Shown here piece by piece: positions 45,104 to 54,480 of a stretch of DNA of 64,000 nt. The translations under genes and the position numbers were made by a program. Numbering within the stretch: the stretch's first letter is position 1; the number at the start of each line of letters is the position of its first letter. This DNA is from a virus (taxonomy: Duplodnaviria; Heunggongvirae; Uroviricota; Caudoviricetes): positions 15,097 through 79,096 of the IMG/VR virus record IMGVR_UViG_3300042892_004166, one strand, 5' to 3'. The notes beneath the pieces are model-generated. The model saw only the letters and a program-made list of their open reading frames with translations, was not told where the DNA came from and ran no database searches.

Positions 45104-45175
45104 CATAATTTTAACAGTTAAAGTTTTCCCGATTCAAACTTATTGATTATATTTACATATCAAATTAAAACAAAC
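45098..45175 (+). promoter_or_regulatory. Intergenic cassette copy
   Basis: CTTTAACATAATTTTAACAG ... TTGATTATATTTACATATCAAATTAAAAC. ATG at 45181. Confidence 0.55.
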
Positions 45176-45180
45176 GCAAA

Positions 45181-45585
45181 ATGATTAGAGTATATTTAGA
45201 TGACGTAAGAACACCGGTTGAAAAAGACTGGGTTGTTGTTAGAAGTTACGATGAATTTGTAGAAAAAGTTACCGAAATTGGACTTGAAAATATTGACTTG
45301 ATTTCATTAGACCATGACCTAGGAGACACTGCAATGGCCGAATGGCATAAAAATGTGTACCACAATTACGAATTGAACTATGATAATATTACAGAAAAGA
45401 CTGGAATGGATTGCACTAAATGGTTGGTCAATCAATGGTTGGATGGAGCTAATGTTGTTGATGTTGTAATACACTCTGCAAATGCAGTTGGTAGTGCAAA
45501 TATGATGGGTTATATTAATAACTATAGACATATTCATAGATTGCCTCAGAATTGCATCCGTGTAAGAATCGAACATACTGTATAA
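45181..45585 (+). CDS. Hypothetical protein
   Basis: ORF track. Confidence 0.4.
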   Translation: MIRVYLDDVRTPVEKDWVVVRSYDEFVEKVTEIGLENIDLISLDHDLGDTAMAEWHKNVYHNYELNYDNITEKTGMDCTKWLVNQWLDGANVVDVVIHSANAVGSANMMGYINNYRHIHRLPQNCIRVRIEHTV

Positions 45586-45587
45586 CT

Positions 45588-45794
45588 ATGGCATATTATA
45601 ATGGACCTCGTAGAAAGAAGAAAGTTGACCCAAGTACGGTAAGACGGAGGACATCCCAAGAGGACTTTGAAAACGTACTTGGAAAACTCAAGAAAGAGGA
45701 AATCAATGTAGACCCTCATTCACAATTCAGAACTATTAACGGAATCCCACATAAGTTTAAAGACGGACAATGGGTACCACTAACAAAATTATAG
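45588..45794 (+). CDS. Small basic hypothetical protein
   Basis: Start moved to ATG 45588. Confidence 0.35.
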   Translation: MAYYNGPRRKKKVDPSTVRRRTSQEDFENVLGKLKKEEINVDPHSQFRTINGIPHKFKDGQWVPLTKL

Positions 45795-45795
45795 T

Positions 45796-46020
45796 ATGGC
45801 AGCAGAAGGAAATACACCAATGGAAATCGAGGAATGGATAGTTAAAACGATTAATTCATGCACTACAATGCAACAGATAATTCGTTCCAGAAATTTAATA
45901 GATTTGTACCATAAATGGCTTTCAACCCAAACAGATTTAAGTTGGGAAGTTAAAAGACATCTTAAAGATAAACTAGTAGAGCACTACAAGAATACAAAAA
46001 TAGAATTAATTAGAAACTAG
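45796..46020 (+). CDS. Hypothetical protein
   Basis: ORF track. Confidence 0.35.
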   Translation: MAAEGNTPMEIEEWIVKTINSCTTMQQIIRSRNLIDLYHKWLSTQTDLSWEVKRHLKDKLVEHYKNTKIELIRN

Positions 46021-46021
46021 G

Positions 46022-46597
46022 ATGAAAGTAATATTTTTAGACAATGACGGAGTAATATGCCTAGATAATAACTGGGGAGGTCGTTCAAAGAAATGGGCTA
46101 AGTACAAAAAACTTAATCCTGAAGCGACTAGCGATACTATAGCTCCGGTTGACATACGATTTGACAACTTTGATAAAAAAGCAATTAAGGTATTAAACCA
46201 AATCTTGGAAGAGACTTGTGCCGAAATAGTAGTAAGTTCCGACTGGAGGTTACATGCAAACTTAGAGGAAATTGGAGAATACTACGAATCACAGGGAATC
46301 TTAAAGAAACCTATCGCATTCACTAAAAGATATATTGGTTGTGATAAACCAGATGAATTTGAATGGACCCGAAGAACAATGTACGAACAGCAGCGTTCTA
46401 TCGAAGTTCGACAATATCTAACCGATCATCCAGAAATTACCAATTGGGTTTGCGTTGATGACTTAGAATTAGGAGAAGCGGATTCTCATGGAAAGGAACA
46501 AGTATGGGGACTATCTAACTTTGTTAATACTCCAAAAATGGCAGAAGGAATTAAACAGCAAGGTGTTAAAGAAAAGATTTTACAATTTTTAAAATAA
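46022..46597 (+). CDS. HAD-superfamily hydrolase-like protein
   Basis: Motif I VIFLDNDGVI (DxDG). Confidence 0.4.
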   Translation: MKVIFLDNDGVICLDNNWGGRSKKWAKYKKLNPEATSDTIAPVDIRFDNFDKKAIKVLNQILEETCAEIVVSSDWRLHANLEEIGEYYESQGILKKPIAFTKRYIGCDKPDEFEWTRRTMYEQQRSIEVRQYLTDHPEITNWVCVDDLELGEADSHGKEQVWGLSNFVNTPKMAEGIKQQGVKEKILQFLK

Positions 46598-46603
46598 AAG
46601 GTT

Positions 46604-46975
46604 ATGTTTAGAAGAACTAAGATTAAATTTGCTAAAAAATTTAGACAAGAATTATCTTCGGAAGACTTAAGAGGTTACCGAAATATTCTAAAGTTGTTGT
46701 ATCACCCTAAGGCTGAAACACCTCTTAAAGATCCGGATGTGGCAAAATTTTATATCCAAGTACCATCGCTTCACCTTGACCTAATTATCGATGCCGAAAA
46801 GGCAGAAATTGTTAACACAAAACAAATCTATCCATTAAATCTGAATGCAAAAGTAACGGAAAGAGCTGTTAAAAGAATCAGAGAGGAAGTATCGAAACAG
46901 CGAACAGACCTTGAAGAGGTAATCCGTGGTAAAAAAGAGACAATATTAACCAAACTTTATAGCCAAATAAAATAA
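46604..46975 (+). CDS. Hypothetical protein
   Basis: ORF track. Confidence 0.4.
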   Translation: MFRRTKIKFAKKFRQELSSEDLRGYRNILKLLYHPKAETPLKDPDVAKFYIQVPSLHLDLIIDAEKAEIVNTKQIYPLNLNAKVTERAVKRIREEVSKQRTDLEEVIRGKKETILTKLYSQIK

Positions 46976-47379
46976 TGAAGAACAATAACTATATGACCGA
47001 TGAGGACTTTGAGGCTTTTTTAAAAGGCATCGGAGGACTTGAAAATGGTTACTACACTGGACGGGATCCCATTACTGCTAGAGGTTACTTTGCCGTAGAT
47101 AATGGTTGGCTAGGAATCTTAAAGAGACTTATAGTAGACCTTATTGAACTTGGATGGGACAAACAGATTTGTCAAGTTAAAGAAAAGTTTGGAGGACTAC
47201 GATTCTATACAAATGGAGTTAGTGAAGATGTTTACAGTCGAATCCGTTTGGCTGAAGATGCCTCATATATTACTTGCGAAAAGTGTGGAGAATTAGGAGA
47301 ACTCAGAGGCGGTGGATGGATGGCAACCCTATGCGATGAACATGCCGAAGGTCGAGAAACTTATAATAACACATTTTAA
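46975..47379 (+). CDS. Hypothetical protein with Cys cluster (CEKCGELG...CDEH)
   Basis: ORF track. Confidence 0.4.
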   Translation: MKNNNYMTDEDFEAFLKGIGGLENGYYTGRDPITARGYFAVDNGWLGILKRLIVDLIELGWDKQICQVKEKFGGLRFYTNGVSEDVYSRIRLAEDASYITCEKCGELGELRGGGWMATLCDEHAEGRETYNNTF

Positions 47380-47969
47380 TGATTAAAACACCTAAAGTAT
47401 TAGTGGCTCCGCCATATGGAGAACTTGAAAAGCAGATGTACCGCGAATGGTTAATTGAAAATGGTTTTAAACCATATTTCTTAGGAACCGAATGTAAAAA
47501 CATCGATGCTCCATTAATACTTTGCGGAGGTGGAGATATTGGTAAAAGTCCTAAAAGAGATGCTAGAGAAACCGAATGGATTACTAGTGCCCTTGAAAAT
47601 GGCCAACCAATTATTGGAATTTGTCGAGGAATGCAACTCTTAAATGTTTACTTTGGCGGAGAGGTTGAAAATATATCCGAACATCTTACTGAAAATCATC
47701 TCAATGATACATTTGACGACGATGACGATCATTCATTTAGACTATCCCAGTTTCATCAAATATATGATATTGATGGAGATTCAAAGACCGTTAATTCACG
47801 TCACCACCAGCACTGTCGTTGGGTTCCATTGAACTTTGAGATTACCCACAGGGCTACTGATGGTACTGTTGAAGGATTTCAAGACTTAGAGAAGAGGATT
47901 TGGGCAGTTCAGTGGCACCCTGAACGGGACGAATGCGAGAACAATGAATATCCACTCAATAAACTTTAA
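47379..47969 (+). CDS. Class I glutamine amidotransferase-like (peptidase C26/gamma-glutamyl hydrolase-like)
   Basis: LILCGGGDI ... GICRGMQLLNVYFGG (nucleophile Cys) ... WAVQWHPE. Confidence 0.55.
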   Translation: MIKTPKVLVAPPYGELEKQMYREWLIENGFKPYFLGTECKNIDAPLILCGGGDIGKSPKRDARETEWITSALENGQPIIGICRGMQLLNVYFGGEVENISEHLTENHLNDTFDDDDDHSFRLSQFHQIYDIDGDSKTVNSRHHQHCRWVPLNFEITHRATDGTVEGFQDLEKRIWAVQWHPERDECENNEYPLNKL

Positions 47970-48039
47970 CATAATTTTAACACTCCTGATTTTCCGGAAT
48001 CATACATATTGATTATATTTACATTATAATTAAAACAAC
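47964..48039 (+). promoter_or_regulatory. Intergenic cassette copy
   Basis: AAACTTTAACATAATTTTAACAC ... TTGATTATATTTACATTATAATTAAAAC. ATG at 48058. Confidence 0.55.
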
Positions 48040-48057
48040 AATTTAAAAACAAATCAC

Positions 48058-48252
48058 ATGAAAACAGTAATTGGAAGTATTTTGGTAGAATTAAGTGTAG
48101 ACACAATCATGATTAAAGATGCTAAGACATTAGACTTGATCAGAGCTAAAACAGTTAATGCAAACGACGCGGTCGACACCTACAAAGAATTAGTAGTGAC
48201 ACTTACTGAAAAACATAGAAATTTAGTAGCAAAAGAACAAGAAAATGATTAA
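48058..48252 (+). CDS. Small hypothetical protein
   Basis: ORF track. Confidence 0.35.
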   Translation: MKTVIGSILVELSVDTIMIKDAKTLDLIRAKTVNANDAVDTYKELVVTLTEKHRNLVAKEQEND

Positions 48253-48466
48253 AACACAAACAAACATTTATGATTCGTCCACGATTAAAGCATCGACATA
48301 CGAGTATGAGAGTAAAAACCTTTATGTGGTTTTTGGCCATGCGACTTACAGATATATTGAGGTACCTGCAGGGGTCTATCAAGAATTTGCGAACGCCGAA
48401 TCGCAAGGAATTGCCCTAAACAGTTTGATTAAGGGTACATATGAATTTGTAAAACTAGAGGAATAA
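48245..48466 (+). CDS. Small hypothetical protein
   Basis: ORF track. Confidence 0.35.
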   Translation: MIKTQTNIYDSSTIKASTYEYESKNLYVVFGHATYRYIEVPAGVYQEFANAESQGIALNSLIKGTYEFVKLEE

Positions 48467-48467
48467 G

Positions 48468-48830
48468 ATGGGAAATTTCATAGTACATAAAGACCTTAAA
48501 ACGGTAGAAATCTTAATGAGCTTCCAGCGATTAGAAGATGGCAAAGAACTTCCAAGTGTAATTGCGCTTGGAGCATCAACACAAAGACCATACGTTTCAC
48601 CAAAATGGGGTAGGTTTGAAAAAACAACCTACAAGACTTCTTATAATAAGAAGACTGGCCAAAAGGTATCGAACTATTATTTATTTTGGGGAGTTGATGA
48701 CCGATTCGAAGAGTCAGGATTCGAACTATTAACTACCAGAACAGGTAGAAAAGTAAGCATGAAAAGTGCCTTAAAGATATTCAATGATGCCAGAAAGGCG
48801 ACAGAATTTGTAAACTTTTCACGAATTTAA
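48468..48830 (+). CDS. Hypothetical protein
   Basis: ORF track. Confidence 0.4.
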   Translation: MGNFIVHKDLKTVEILMSFQRLEDGKELPSVIALGASTQRPYVSPKWGRFEKTTYKTSYNKKTGQKVSNYYLFWGVDDRFEESGFELLTTRTGRKVSMKSALKIFNDARKATEFVNFSRI

Positions 48831-48839
48831 GATATAATT

Positions 48840-49055
48840 ATGACACTAAACGAAAGATTCCAACAATGGTTTATTAATGATGTTGAAGAGCATTATGAAG
48901 GTACTGTAGAGGAAGTTGCTATTGAACATGAAAGGCTAGCAGGTGAATTTGCTATTGAGTTTGCAGAATGGTGTATATTTAATGAGGTAAATAAATCTCC
49001 TAACTATTCTTATAAAAAACTATTAGAAATATATAAAAAAGAAAAAGGATTATGA
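48840..49055 (+). CDS. Small hypothetical protein
   Basis: ORF track. Confidence 0.35.
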   Translation: MTLNERFQQWFINDVEEHYEGTVEEVAIEHERLAGEFAIEFAEWCIFNEVNKSPNYSYKKLLEIYKKEKGL

Positions 49056-49732
49056 AGTACATTTCCATCGATATCGAAACTACAGGATTAGACTCTGAAT
49101 TTAATCAAATCCTTTCAATAGGAGCAGTGATTGAAGACACTTTAAATCAACTTCCATTCGAAGACCTACCAAAATTCCACGCGGTTATAAAACGCGAAAG
49201 TGTTTATGGTAGTATCTTTGCCTTAAATTTAAACAAGGATTTAATTCAGGCGATGAAGGACTATTCTGAAGCCCGTACCGAAGATGAAAAGAAACTGGTT
49301 GAGGAATCATTTGGAGCCAAGTTTTATCATGAAGATGAGGTAGTAGAGGCACTATATCAATTTTGTTATAGAAATGGTTTGGTTGATTTAGACCCTAACT
49401 TTTTAAATAAACAAATGAAAATAGTCGATGGTATTCCATATCCAATTTTAGGTTCAAATATGGTAAAAACCTACTTGACATGTGCTGGTAAAAACTTTGC
49501 AGGATTTGACAAGAAATTCTTAGAGAAACTTCCAAGATGGAAACAAGTCTTTTCAATTCGTAGTAGAGTATTGGACCCAGGAATCCTATTTGTTGATTGG
49601 ATTAACGATGAGAGCGTTCCAGGATTGGACGAATGTAAAAAACGTGCAGGAATCGATGGTGTGGTAACTCACAATGCAGTCGAAGATGCAATGGATGTAG
49701 TAATGTTACTTAGAACGTGTTATGAGCTATGA
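49052..49732 (+). CDS. DEDDh 3'-5' exonuclease (DnaQ/RNase T/oligoribonuclease-like)
   Basis: Exo I ISIDIETTGLD. Exo II FAGFDKKFL. Exo III HNAVEDAMD. Confidence 0.7.
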   Translation: MKYISIDIETTGLDSEFNQILSIGAVIEDTLNQLPFEDLPKFHAVIKRESVYGSIFALNLNKDLIQAMKDYSEARTEDEKKLVEESFGAKFYHEDEVVEALYQFCYRNGLVDLDPNFLNKQMKIVDGIPYPILGSNMVKTYLTCAGKNFAGFDKKFLEKLPRWKQVFSIRSRVLDPGILFVDWINDESVPGLDECKKRAGIDGVVTHNAVEDAMDVVMLLRTCYEL

Positions 49733-49923
49733 CAAGAAGTTTTACATTAACCGAAAGACAGGAGGCGGAACTCCAAGAATGGCAAGCAAAGATTAAAGAA
49801 CTCTTTGGAGAGTACGGTCACTATGATTATACATTCACCCCGTATGGAATGGGTATGGGAGTAGTGGTTAAGAGCCATAAAACTGGAACAACATTAGATA
49901 TAAGTCACGAAGAGGATTGGTAA
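49729..49923 (+). CDS. Small hypothetical protein
   Basis: ORF track. Confidence 0.35.
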   Translation: MTRSFTLTERQEAELQEWQAKIKELFGEYGHYDYTFTPYGMGMGVVVKSHKTGTTLDISHEEDW

Positions 49924-50351
49924 TGGAAGAACAATATATAACATTCGAAGTAGCCCAATTATCTAAAGAAAAGGGATTTAATGTACCTGTTAATAATGCT
50001 TATGATTTAAAAGGAGAATTTGGCAATTATTACGATATTGTTAACGAGTCTCCATTTGATTATGAAGATGACCATATTGATTATGATTCTTTAAGATATT
50101 CTGCGCCGACTCAGGCCTTATTGCAAAAATGGTTGCGAAAAGTACATCAAATCTATGTAGACGTAGATATTGACCAGACCTCCGCTCCTAAATTTTGCTA
50201 CATGATTAGTAGATTTATTGGCAATCCAATGAATTTAGCAGCTGAGGAATGGGATTGGCAGAATCTTCCAAATGGAGTTGATTGGGGACTTCACCGAAAA
50301 TGGGAAGATGCCCTTGAGGAAGGATTATTTGAAGCACTAAAATTAATATAA
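49917..50351 (+). CDS. Hypothetical acidic protein
   Basis: ORF track. Confidence 0.4.
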   Translation: MVMEEQYITFEVAQLSKEKGFNVPVNNAYDLKGEFGNYYDIVNESPFDYEDDHIDYDSLRYSAPTQALLQKWLRKVHQIYVDVDIDQTSAPKFCYMISRFIGNPMNLAAEEWDWQNLPNGVDWGLHRKWEDALEEGLFEALKLI

Positions 50352-50355
50352 AGAT

Positions 50356-50991
50356 ATGGAACCAGAATTAGACATTTTTGACCAATGGGCAGATGAAAGA
50401 GCCAAAAAACCTTGGATTGTAAAAAAACTTCGATACATTCCGATTTGGTGGAATCATGATGGTAGGTATATGCATACAACATTTAAACGAGGAATAAAAA
50501 GCGTTTGGTATTGGTTGCCTATTATTTGGAAGGACCGTCACTGGGATTCTCACTATATCTTTGAGATAATGAAACATAAAATTTCAGCACAGGCTGATTA
50601 CATTGGTCGTAGAGATTTACATACCAGAGCCCAAGAGGATGCCCGTACTATGAGATTATGCGTTAAGTTAATGGGACTGGTTCAAGACGAGTTTTATAGT
50701 TCTGAGTACTCCGACTATCACAAAACAAAACATTGGTTTGAACCTGTTCCGGACAAACCAACCCTATCTTCTTGGGAGTCCAAATTATTAGAAGAGAACT
50801 TTGATGACTACTTTAAGAAATATCCACTGATTTATAAAAAGGTTCTAAACGGAGAAGGAGTTTTTGGTAGAAAGGGTCGCGAAGAGGACAAACAAATAAT
50901 TGCAATGAACATCGGACACATTAATCATGACCGAGCAAGAAAATTGTTATTCAAATTAATGGAACAAAATATCGAACGATGGTGGGACTAG
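50356..50991 (+). CDS. Hypothetical protein
   Basis: ORF track. Confidence 0.4.
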   Translation: MEPELDIFDQWADERAKKPWIVKKLRYIPIWWNHDGRYMHTTFKRGIKSVWYWLPIIWKDRHWDSHYIFEIMKHKISAQADYIGRRDLHTRAQEDARTMRLCVKLMGLVQDEFYSSEYSDYHKTKHWFEPVPDKPTLSSWESKLLEENFDDYFKKYPLIYKKVLNGEGVFGRKGREEDKQIIAMNIGHINHDRARKLLFKLMEQNIERWWD

Positions 50992-51146
50992 CAGTTATAA
51001 TTTATTTTGTAATTGTAGGTATATATGTAGCATACGAATTACATAGGGCTCCTCATTTAGATGATAATGGAAATGAGATTAAAAAAGAGACTAAGACGGA
51101 TAATCTTCTTGATTTCGATGAAGACGAAGAATTTTTAGGTTAACAA

Positions 51147-51222
51147 AACTTTAACATAATTTTAACACTCCAGATTTTTTAGTCTGGGGTTTTTTGTTTA
51201 TATTTACACTATAATTAAAACC
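51147..51222 (+). promoter_or_regulatory. Intergenic cassette copy with hairpin CCAGAtttttTAGTCTGG
   Basis: Core TTGTTTATATTTACACTATAATTAAAACC. ATG at 51229. Confidence 0.55.
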
Positions 51223-51228
51223 AAAAAT

Positions 51229-51465
51229 ATGAACTACCAACAACTACAATTAGTAAAACAGGCAAAAGATGGTGTAATTAATTTAGGCACCGCAAATGGA
51301 TGGAACAAACAAACGGGTGAAGATTATCGAGCCCTGCAAGAATTCAAAGTACCTGGTTCGGGAACTCAAAGAAACTTAGGCAGATGTTATAATGAGTATG
51401 GGTTTGATGTCCTTATTGAAGACCAGACCTACACTGTAATTCATACTGTAGATTCAGGAGATTAA
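51229..51465 (+). CDS. Hypothetical protein
   Basis: ORF track. Confidence 0.4.
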   Translation: MNYQQLQLVKQAKDGVINLGTANGWNKQTGEDYRALQEFKVPGSGTQRNLGRCYNEYGFDVLIEDQTYTVIHTVDSGD

Positions 51466-51466
51466 T

Positions 51467-51907
51467 ATGACACGAATTAATGCACATATCCGACCGATAA
51501 AATTATGCGACCAGCACCTTGTTGCAGAGTATCGAGAAATCCTGAGGACTAATGCTCTTGCAATTAAAAGGGCCAGGAAAGAGGGAAAGTCGATGTTAGG
51601 TAATATTCAACAATCTTTTACACTTGGAAGTGGACACGTTACATTCTTTTATGACAAATTGTTGTATATCCATCTCAGGTTTAATGCTCTTAGAAGTGAA
51701 CTGATTAATCGAGGGATGAATGCCACAATTGAATGGCAGTTAGACGAAATAAAGGAGTTCAAATGGTTATACAATGACTGGCCGGAAGACCAAGAGGCTG
51801 ATCAATTAATTGTTGCACGAATCTTGGAAAGAGCCCGAACTATGAAAAAGATTTCGCACACTTCTAAGAATATTGACTACGAAACATATTGTGAAATTTT
51901 AACATAA
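51467..51907 (+). CDS. denV: Pyrimidine-dimer DNA glycosylase (T4 endonuclease V, DenV)
   Basis: N-terminus [25 protein letters not shown] matches T4 endoV [36 protein letters not shown] matches T4 [12 protein letters not shown]. Confidence 0.85.
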   Translation: [146 protein letters not shown]

Positions 51908-51973
51908 ATTTAACACAAAATAGTTTCCGGATTCAAAACTATTGATTATATTTACATATCTAATTAAAACAAA
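51908..51973 (+). promoter_or_regulatory. Intergenic cassette copy
   Basis: AAATTTAACACAAAATAGTTTCCGGATTC ... TTGATTATATTTACATATCTAATTAAAAC. ATG at 51982. Confidence 0.55.
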
Positions 51974-51981
51974 GAACTATT

Positions 51982-52284
51982 ATGTTTCCATATTCTGCAA
52001 TTGCCGCTTCACAATTATTAAGAAATCAAAAACCTTATGTTGCTAAAGAACCTAAGATTTCTACACTAGTGGATTATACAAAAACAAGTCCTGAAGACTT
52101 CTACAAATTACTTACAATAAGAGCTAAGAGCGCTGGTATATGCGAAATGGCTGATATGATTAGTAACTGGATGGATTTTGATAATTTATCAGATAAGAAA
52201 AAAAGAAGATTCGTTATTGAAACAGAAACACCAGAGTACTATTCAATCCAAAACAGATTTAAAAGATTTTTTAACTTAAAATAA
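51982..52284 (+). CDS. Hypothetical protein
   Basis: ORF track. Confidence 0.4.
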   Translation: MFPYSAIAASQLLRNQKPYVAKEPKISTLVDYTKTSPEDFYKLLTIRAKSAGICEMADMISNWMDFDNLSDKKKRRFVIETETPEYYSIQNRFKRFFNLK

Positions 52285-52290
52285 TATATC

Positions 52291-52626
52291 ATGACAAAAA
52301 CATCAGCAATCGGGCTAATTGAATTAACAACCGAAAGACAGGCAAATAATGGAACTCAATGTTTTCATGACCCAATTACTGGGTGTGATTATTTAAGTTA
52401 TGAAAGTGGATATGTCCGCCGTAAATATTCTGGTTTAAGTTATCGTGGATATGGACAAAGTACAATATATCAATTGAACAAAACTAGAAAGGTCAAAAGA
52501 GAATCAACATACACTCCTGGTAAATTTTATGATTGTGTTGAACGTATTATGGAAATGAACCCTGAGAGCAGAATCGATATAATCGTTAGAGCAACTACAA
52601 ATTTCCGAAAATATTTAAGAAAATAA
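52291..52626 (+). CDS. Hypothetical protein
   Basis: ORF track. Confidence 0.4.
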   Translation: MTKTSAIGLIELTTERQANNGTQCFHDPITGCDYLSYESGYVRRKYSGLSYRGYGQSTIYQLNKTRKVKRESTYTPGKFYDCVERIMEMNPESRIDIIVRATTNFRKYLRK

Positions 52627-52627
52627 T

Positions 52628-53209
52628 ATGAAACTATTCACAGAAAAACAAGTCAAAGAGCTTTTAGAAACTCAAAGAGCTAATTGTTACGTTGCAGTTC
52701 TTTCAGCAGCCAAATCAATAGAAGTTGCTGAACATGCATCAAAGGCACCTCTTCCTGGAGGAGAACAATTCGATCAATTCTATGGAATCGACCCAGAAGC
52801 CCTGATAAACGAAGACATTGAAGACGGAGAATTACAAAGAAACTTTGAAGGGTTTCAAAGGTCAAGAGAATCTGCAAAGACCTCTTATAATGCAACAGTT
52901 CCGACCCTTAATTCAATGGTGGATAAAATTGTTAACTTGAAGGAATTGATAGTAACTCTAGCAGTACAGGGTCTTCCAACCGAGAAAGTGGTAAAACGTC
53001 TTGCAAAACTTGATAGCAGTTTTACGGCTCTTGCAAAAAAATCAGAAGCATATAAACAAGAATTGGACAGACAGGATGCCTTGATTAAGAATTATAAAGA
53101 TTGGAATGAACGCAAATTGTTTATGCATTGGAAATATTTAACTCACTTCGGAGTAACCTCTGAACCTTGGTTAGATTGGAAGAAACAATTTGTTGATGTA
53201 ATGATATAA
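52628..53209 (+). CDS. Hypothetical protein
   Basis: ORF track. Confidence 0.4.
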   Translation: MKLFTEKQVKELLETQRANCYVAVLSAAKSIEVAEHASKAPLPGGEQFDQFYGIDPEALINEDIEDGELQRNFEGFQRSRESAKTSYNATVPTLNSMVDKIVNLKELIVTLAVQGLPTEKVVKRLAKLDSSFTALAKKSEAYKQELDRQDALIKNYKDWNERKLFMHWKYLTHFGVTSEPWLDWKKQFVDVMI

Positions 53210-53221
53210 TAGAAAAGAGAT

Positions 53222-53437
53222 ATGAAAAAGTTTGATGCTAAGGAAATTACTGATAAATTAGATGATATTGGTGTTATCTATACAGTAAATAACAATCCAA
53301 CACCGGAACAGCTTGAAAAACTAAGAAAAGGTGTTGAATCAAGAGATTTAAGAATTCAACAAATGGTAGAAGATTATCACTCAGGCAAGTATGATGAGTT
53401 AATTGAATCCATGGATAATGAAGAACCTGCTACATAA
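53222..53437 (+). CDS. Small acidic hypothetical protein
   Basis: ORF track. Confidence 0.35.
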   Translation: MKKFDAKEITDKLDDIGVIYTVNNNPTPEQLEKLRKGVESRDLRIQQMVEDYHSGKYDELIESMDNEEPAT

Positions 53438-53658
53438 CACGGCGCCAAATTAATTGTGACATGTACTATCTGGAAGGTCAGGTCAGGTTCTTTAGATTTA
53501 CCAATGCTCGCTGTTAATTGAGAGGTAGAGCGCATAATTTCCGAACAAGGGTTAACAGTAGGAAGACGTCGCCCATTGCACTCAATCAGTAACCCTGCTC
53601 TTGTTCTTCTAATGTGAGAAATCCTGTTAGTTAATAAGAAAGACCAAGGTTGGTAAAT

Positions 53659-53742
53659 TAATCGGTTGGTGTAACAGGAGTATTCCTGCTAGGGTTAACA
53701 TGGACGGTAAGTCCGGATAGGGGTTCGAATCCCTTACCGATT
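53659..53742 (+). tRNA. Type II tRNA (84 nt), anticodon undetermined
   Basis: Acceptor AATCGGT/ACCGATT is perfect. Variable-arm hairpin GGAC-ggtaa-GTCC. T-arm AGGGGTTCGAATCCCTT. Confidence 0.4.
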
Positions 53743-53794
53743 TCAAAAATAAAACGGCTCTGCAGAGCTAGGAGAGGTCTGGTTAAAGTGGGCA

Positions 53795-53830
53795 GTGCCA
53801 ACACAGGAAGTTCGAATCTTCCCTCTCTAC
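53795..53830 (+). other. tRNA-like T-arm/acceptor fragment (GGAAGTTCGAATCTTCC-CTCTCTA-C) without a clear canonical 5' half
   Basis: T-arm motif only; no folded D/anticodon arms found by eye. Confidence 0.25.
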
Positions 53831-54077
53831 TAAAAACTACTTGAGTAGGTGGGAGTGGTCAATCAACAACTCACTGAAGTTTCAGGTAAACTTATATTTA
53901 AAACGGGACGGGCGAGCCTATTATAGAGTAAGTAGCAAGTTAATGATTTTTAGGAGGATTGGATCAGTTTTTAACATTAGCGAAGGAGTCAGGTGGAGAA
54001 ATGGCACCAAAGTATAAAACAAAGGGCAGGACGCAAAGTCACTGAACATAGAGGAGAGGTTGAGGAACTTCCATTAC

Positions 54078-54106
54078 TTGTAGGTTCGAATCCTACACTG
54101 ACCACA
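54078..54106 (+). other. tRNA-like 3' half: T-arm GTAGGTTCGAATCCTAC + ACTGACC-A-CCA
   Basis: Ends in encoded ACCA, but no complementary 5' acceptor within 100 nt upstream. Confidence 0.3.
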
Positions 54107-54264
54107 ATGAGTTGATTACTCAGATGATGTGCGTATCTATAAAACGTACCGACATACTCTTGGGCGTGAGGCAAGAGCGGGTTTTGAAATTCAGTTGCGC
54201 CGTTACGGAAACTGGGCTTGGAGGGCAATAAACTTCATGAGGTCTAATCAACCATAATTGCAAA

Positions 54265-54350
54265 AGGTCAGGTGGCGGAATTGGAGAGACGCAACTCTAT
54301 ATGGAGTGGAGGTGAAAGAAACTCATACAGGTTCGAATCCTGTCCTGACT
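54265..54350 (+). tRNA. Leu-like type II tRNA with non-canonical anticodon loop
   Basis: 5' GGTCAGG-TG-GCGGAATTGGAGAGACGC closely matches bacterial tRNA-Leu. Anticodon arm CTCTA-tatggag-TGGAG has A33. T-arm ACAGGTTCGAATCCTGT. 3' CCTGACT-A. Confidence 0.4.
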
Positions 54351-54408
54351 ACGCTAATTAAACTAGTTTATGAACAGTCTTTGAGGTGCGATGCCTCCAT
54401 TAGAACGG

Positions 54409-54474
54409 AAGTCAGGTGAAAGTAGGCTAAGACGAATTAAGTTTCGCGTTGCAGGTTCGATTCCTGTCCTGACT
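54409..54474 (+). tRNA. Truncated tRNA-like element (66 nt) sharing its 3' half with 54265-54350
   Basis: Acceptor AGTCAGG/CCTGACT is perfect. T-arm GCAGGTTCGATTCCTGT. Too short for a full D-arm. Anticodon-like hairpin CGAA-ttaagt-TTCG. Confidence 0.3.
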
Positions 54475-54480
54475 ACAAAT

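Noticed and set aside
53990-54106. tmRNA (ssrA) homologue ending in ...ACTGACC-A-CCA
   Set aside because: There is no GGGG 5' end complementary to the acceptor, no GGATTCGAC-like D-analogue, and no tag-peptide ORF ending ALAA-stop nearby. The available length is far below ~350 nt.
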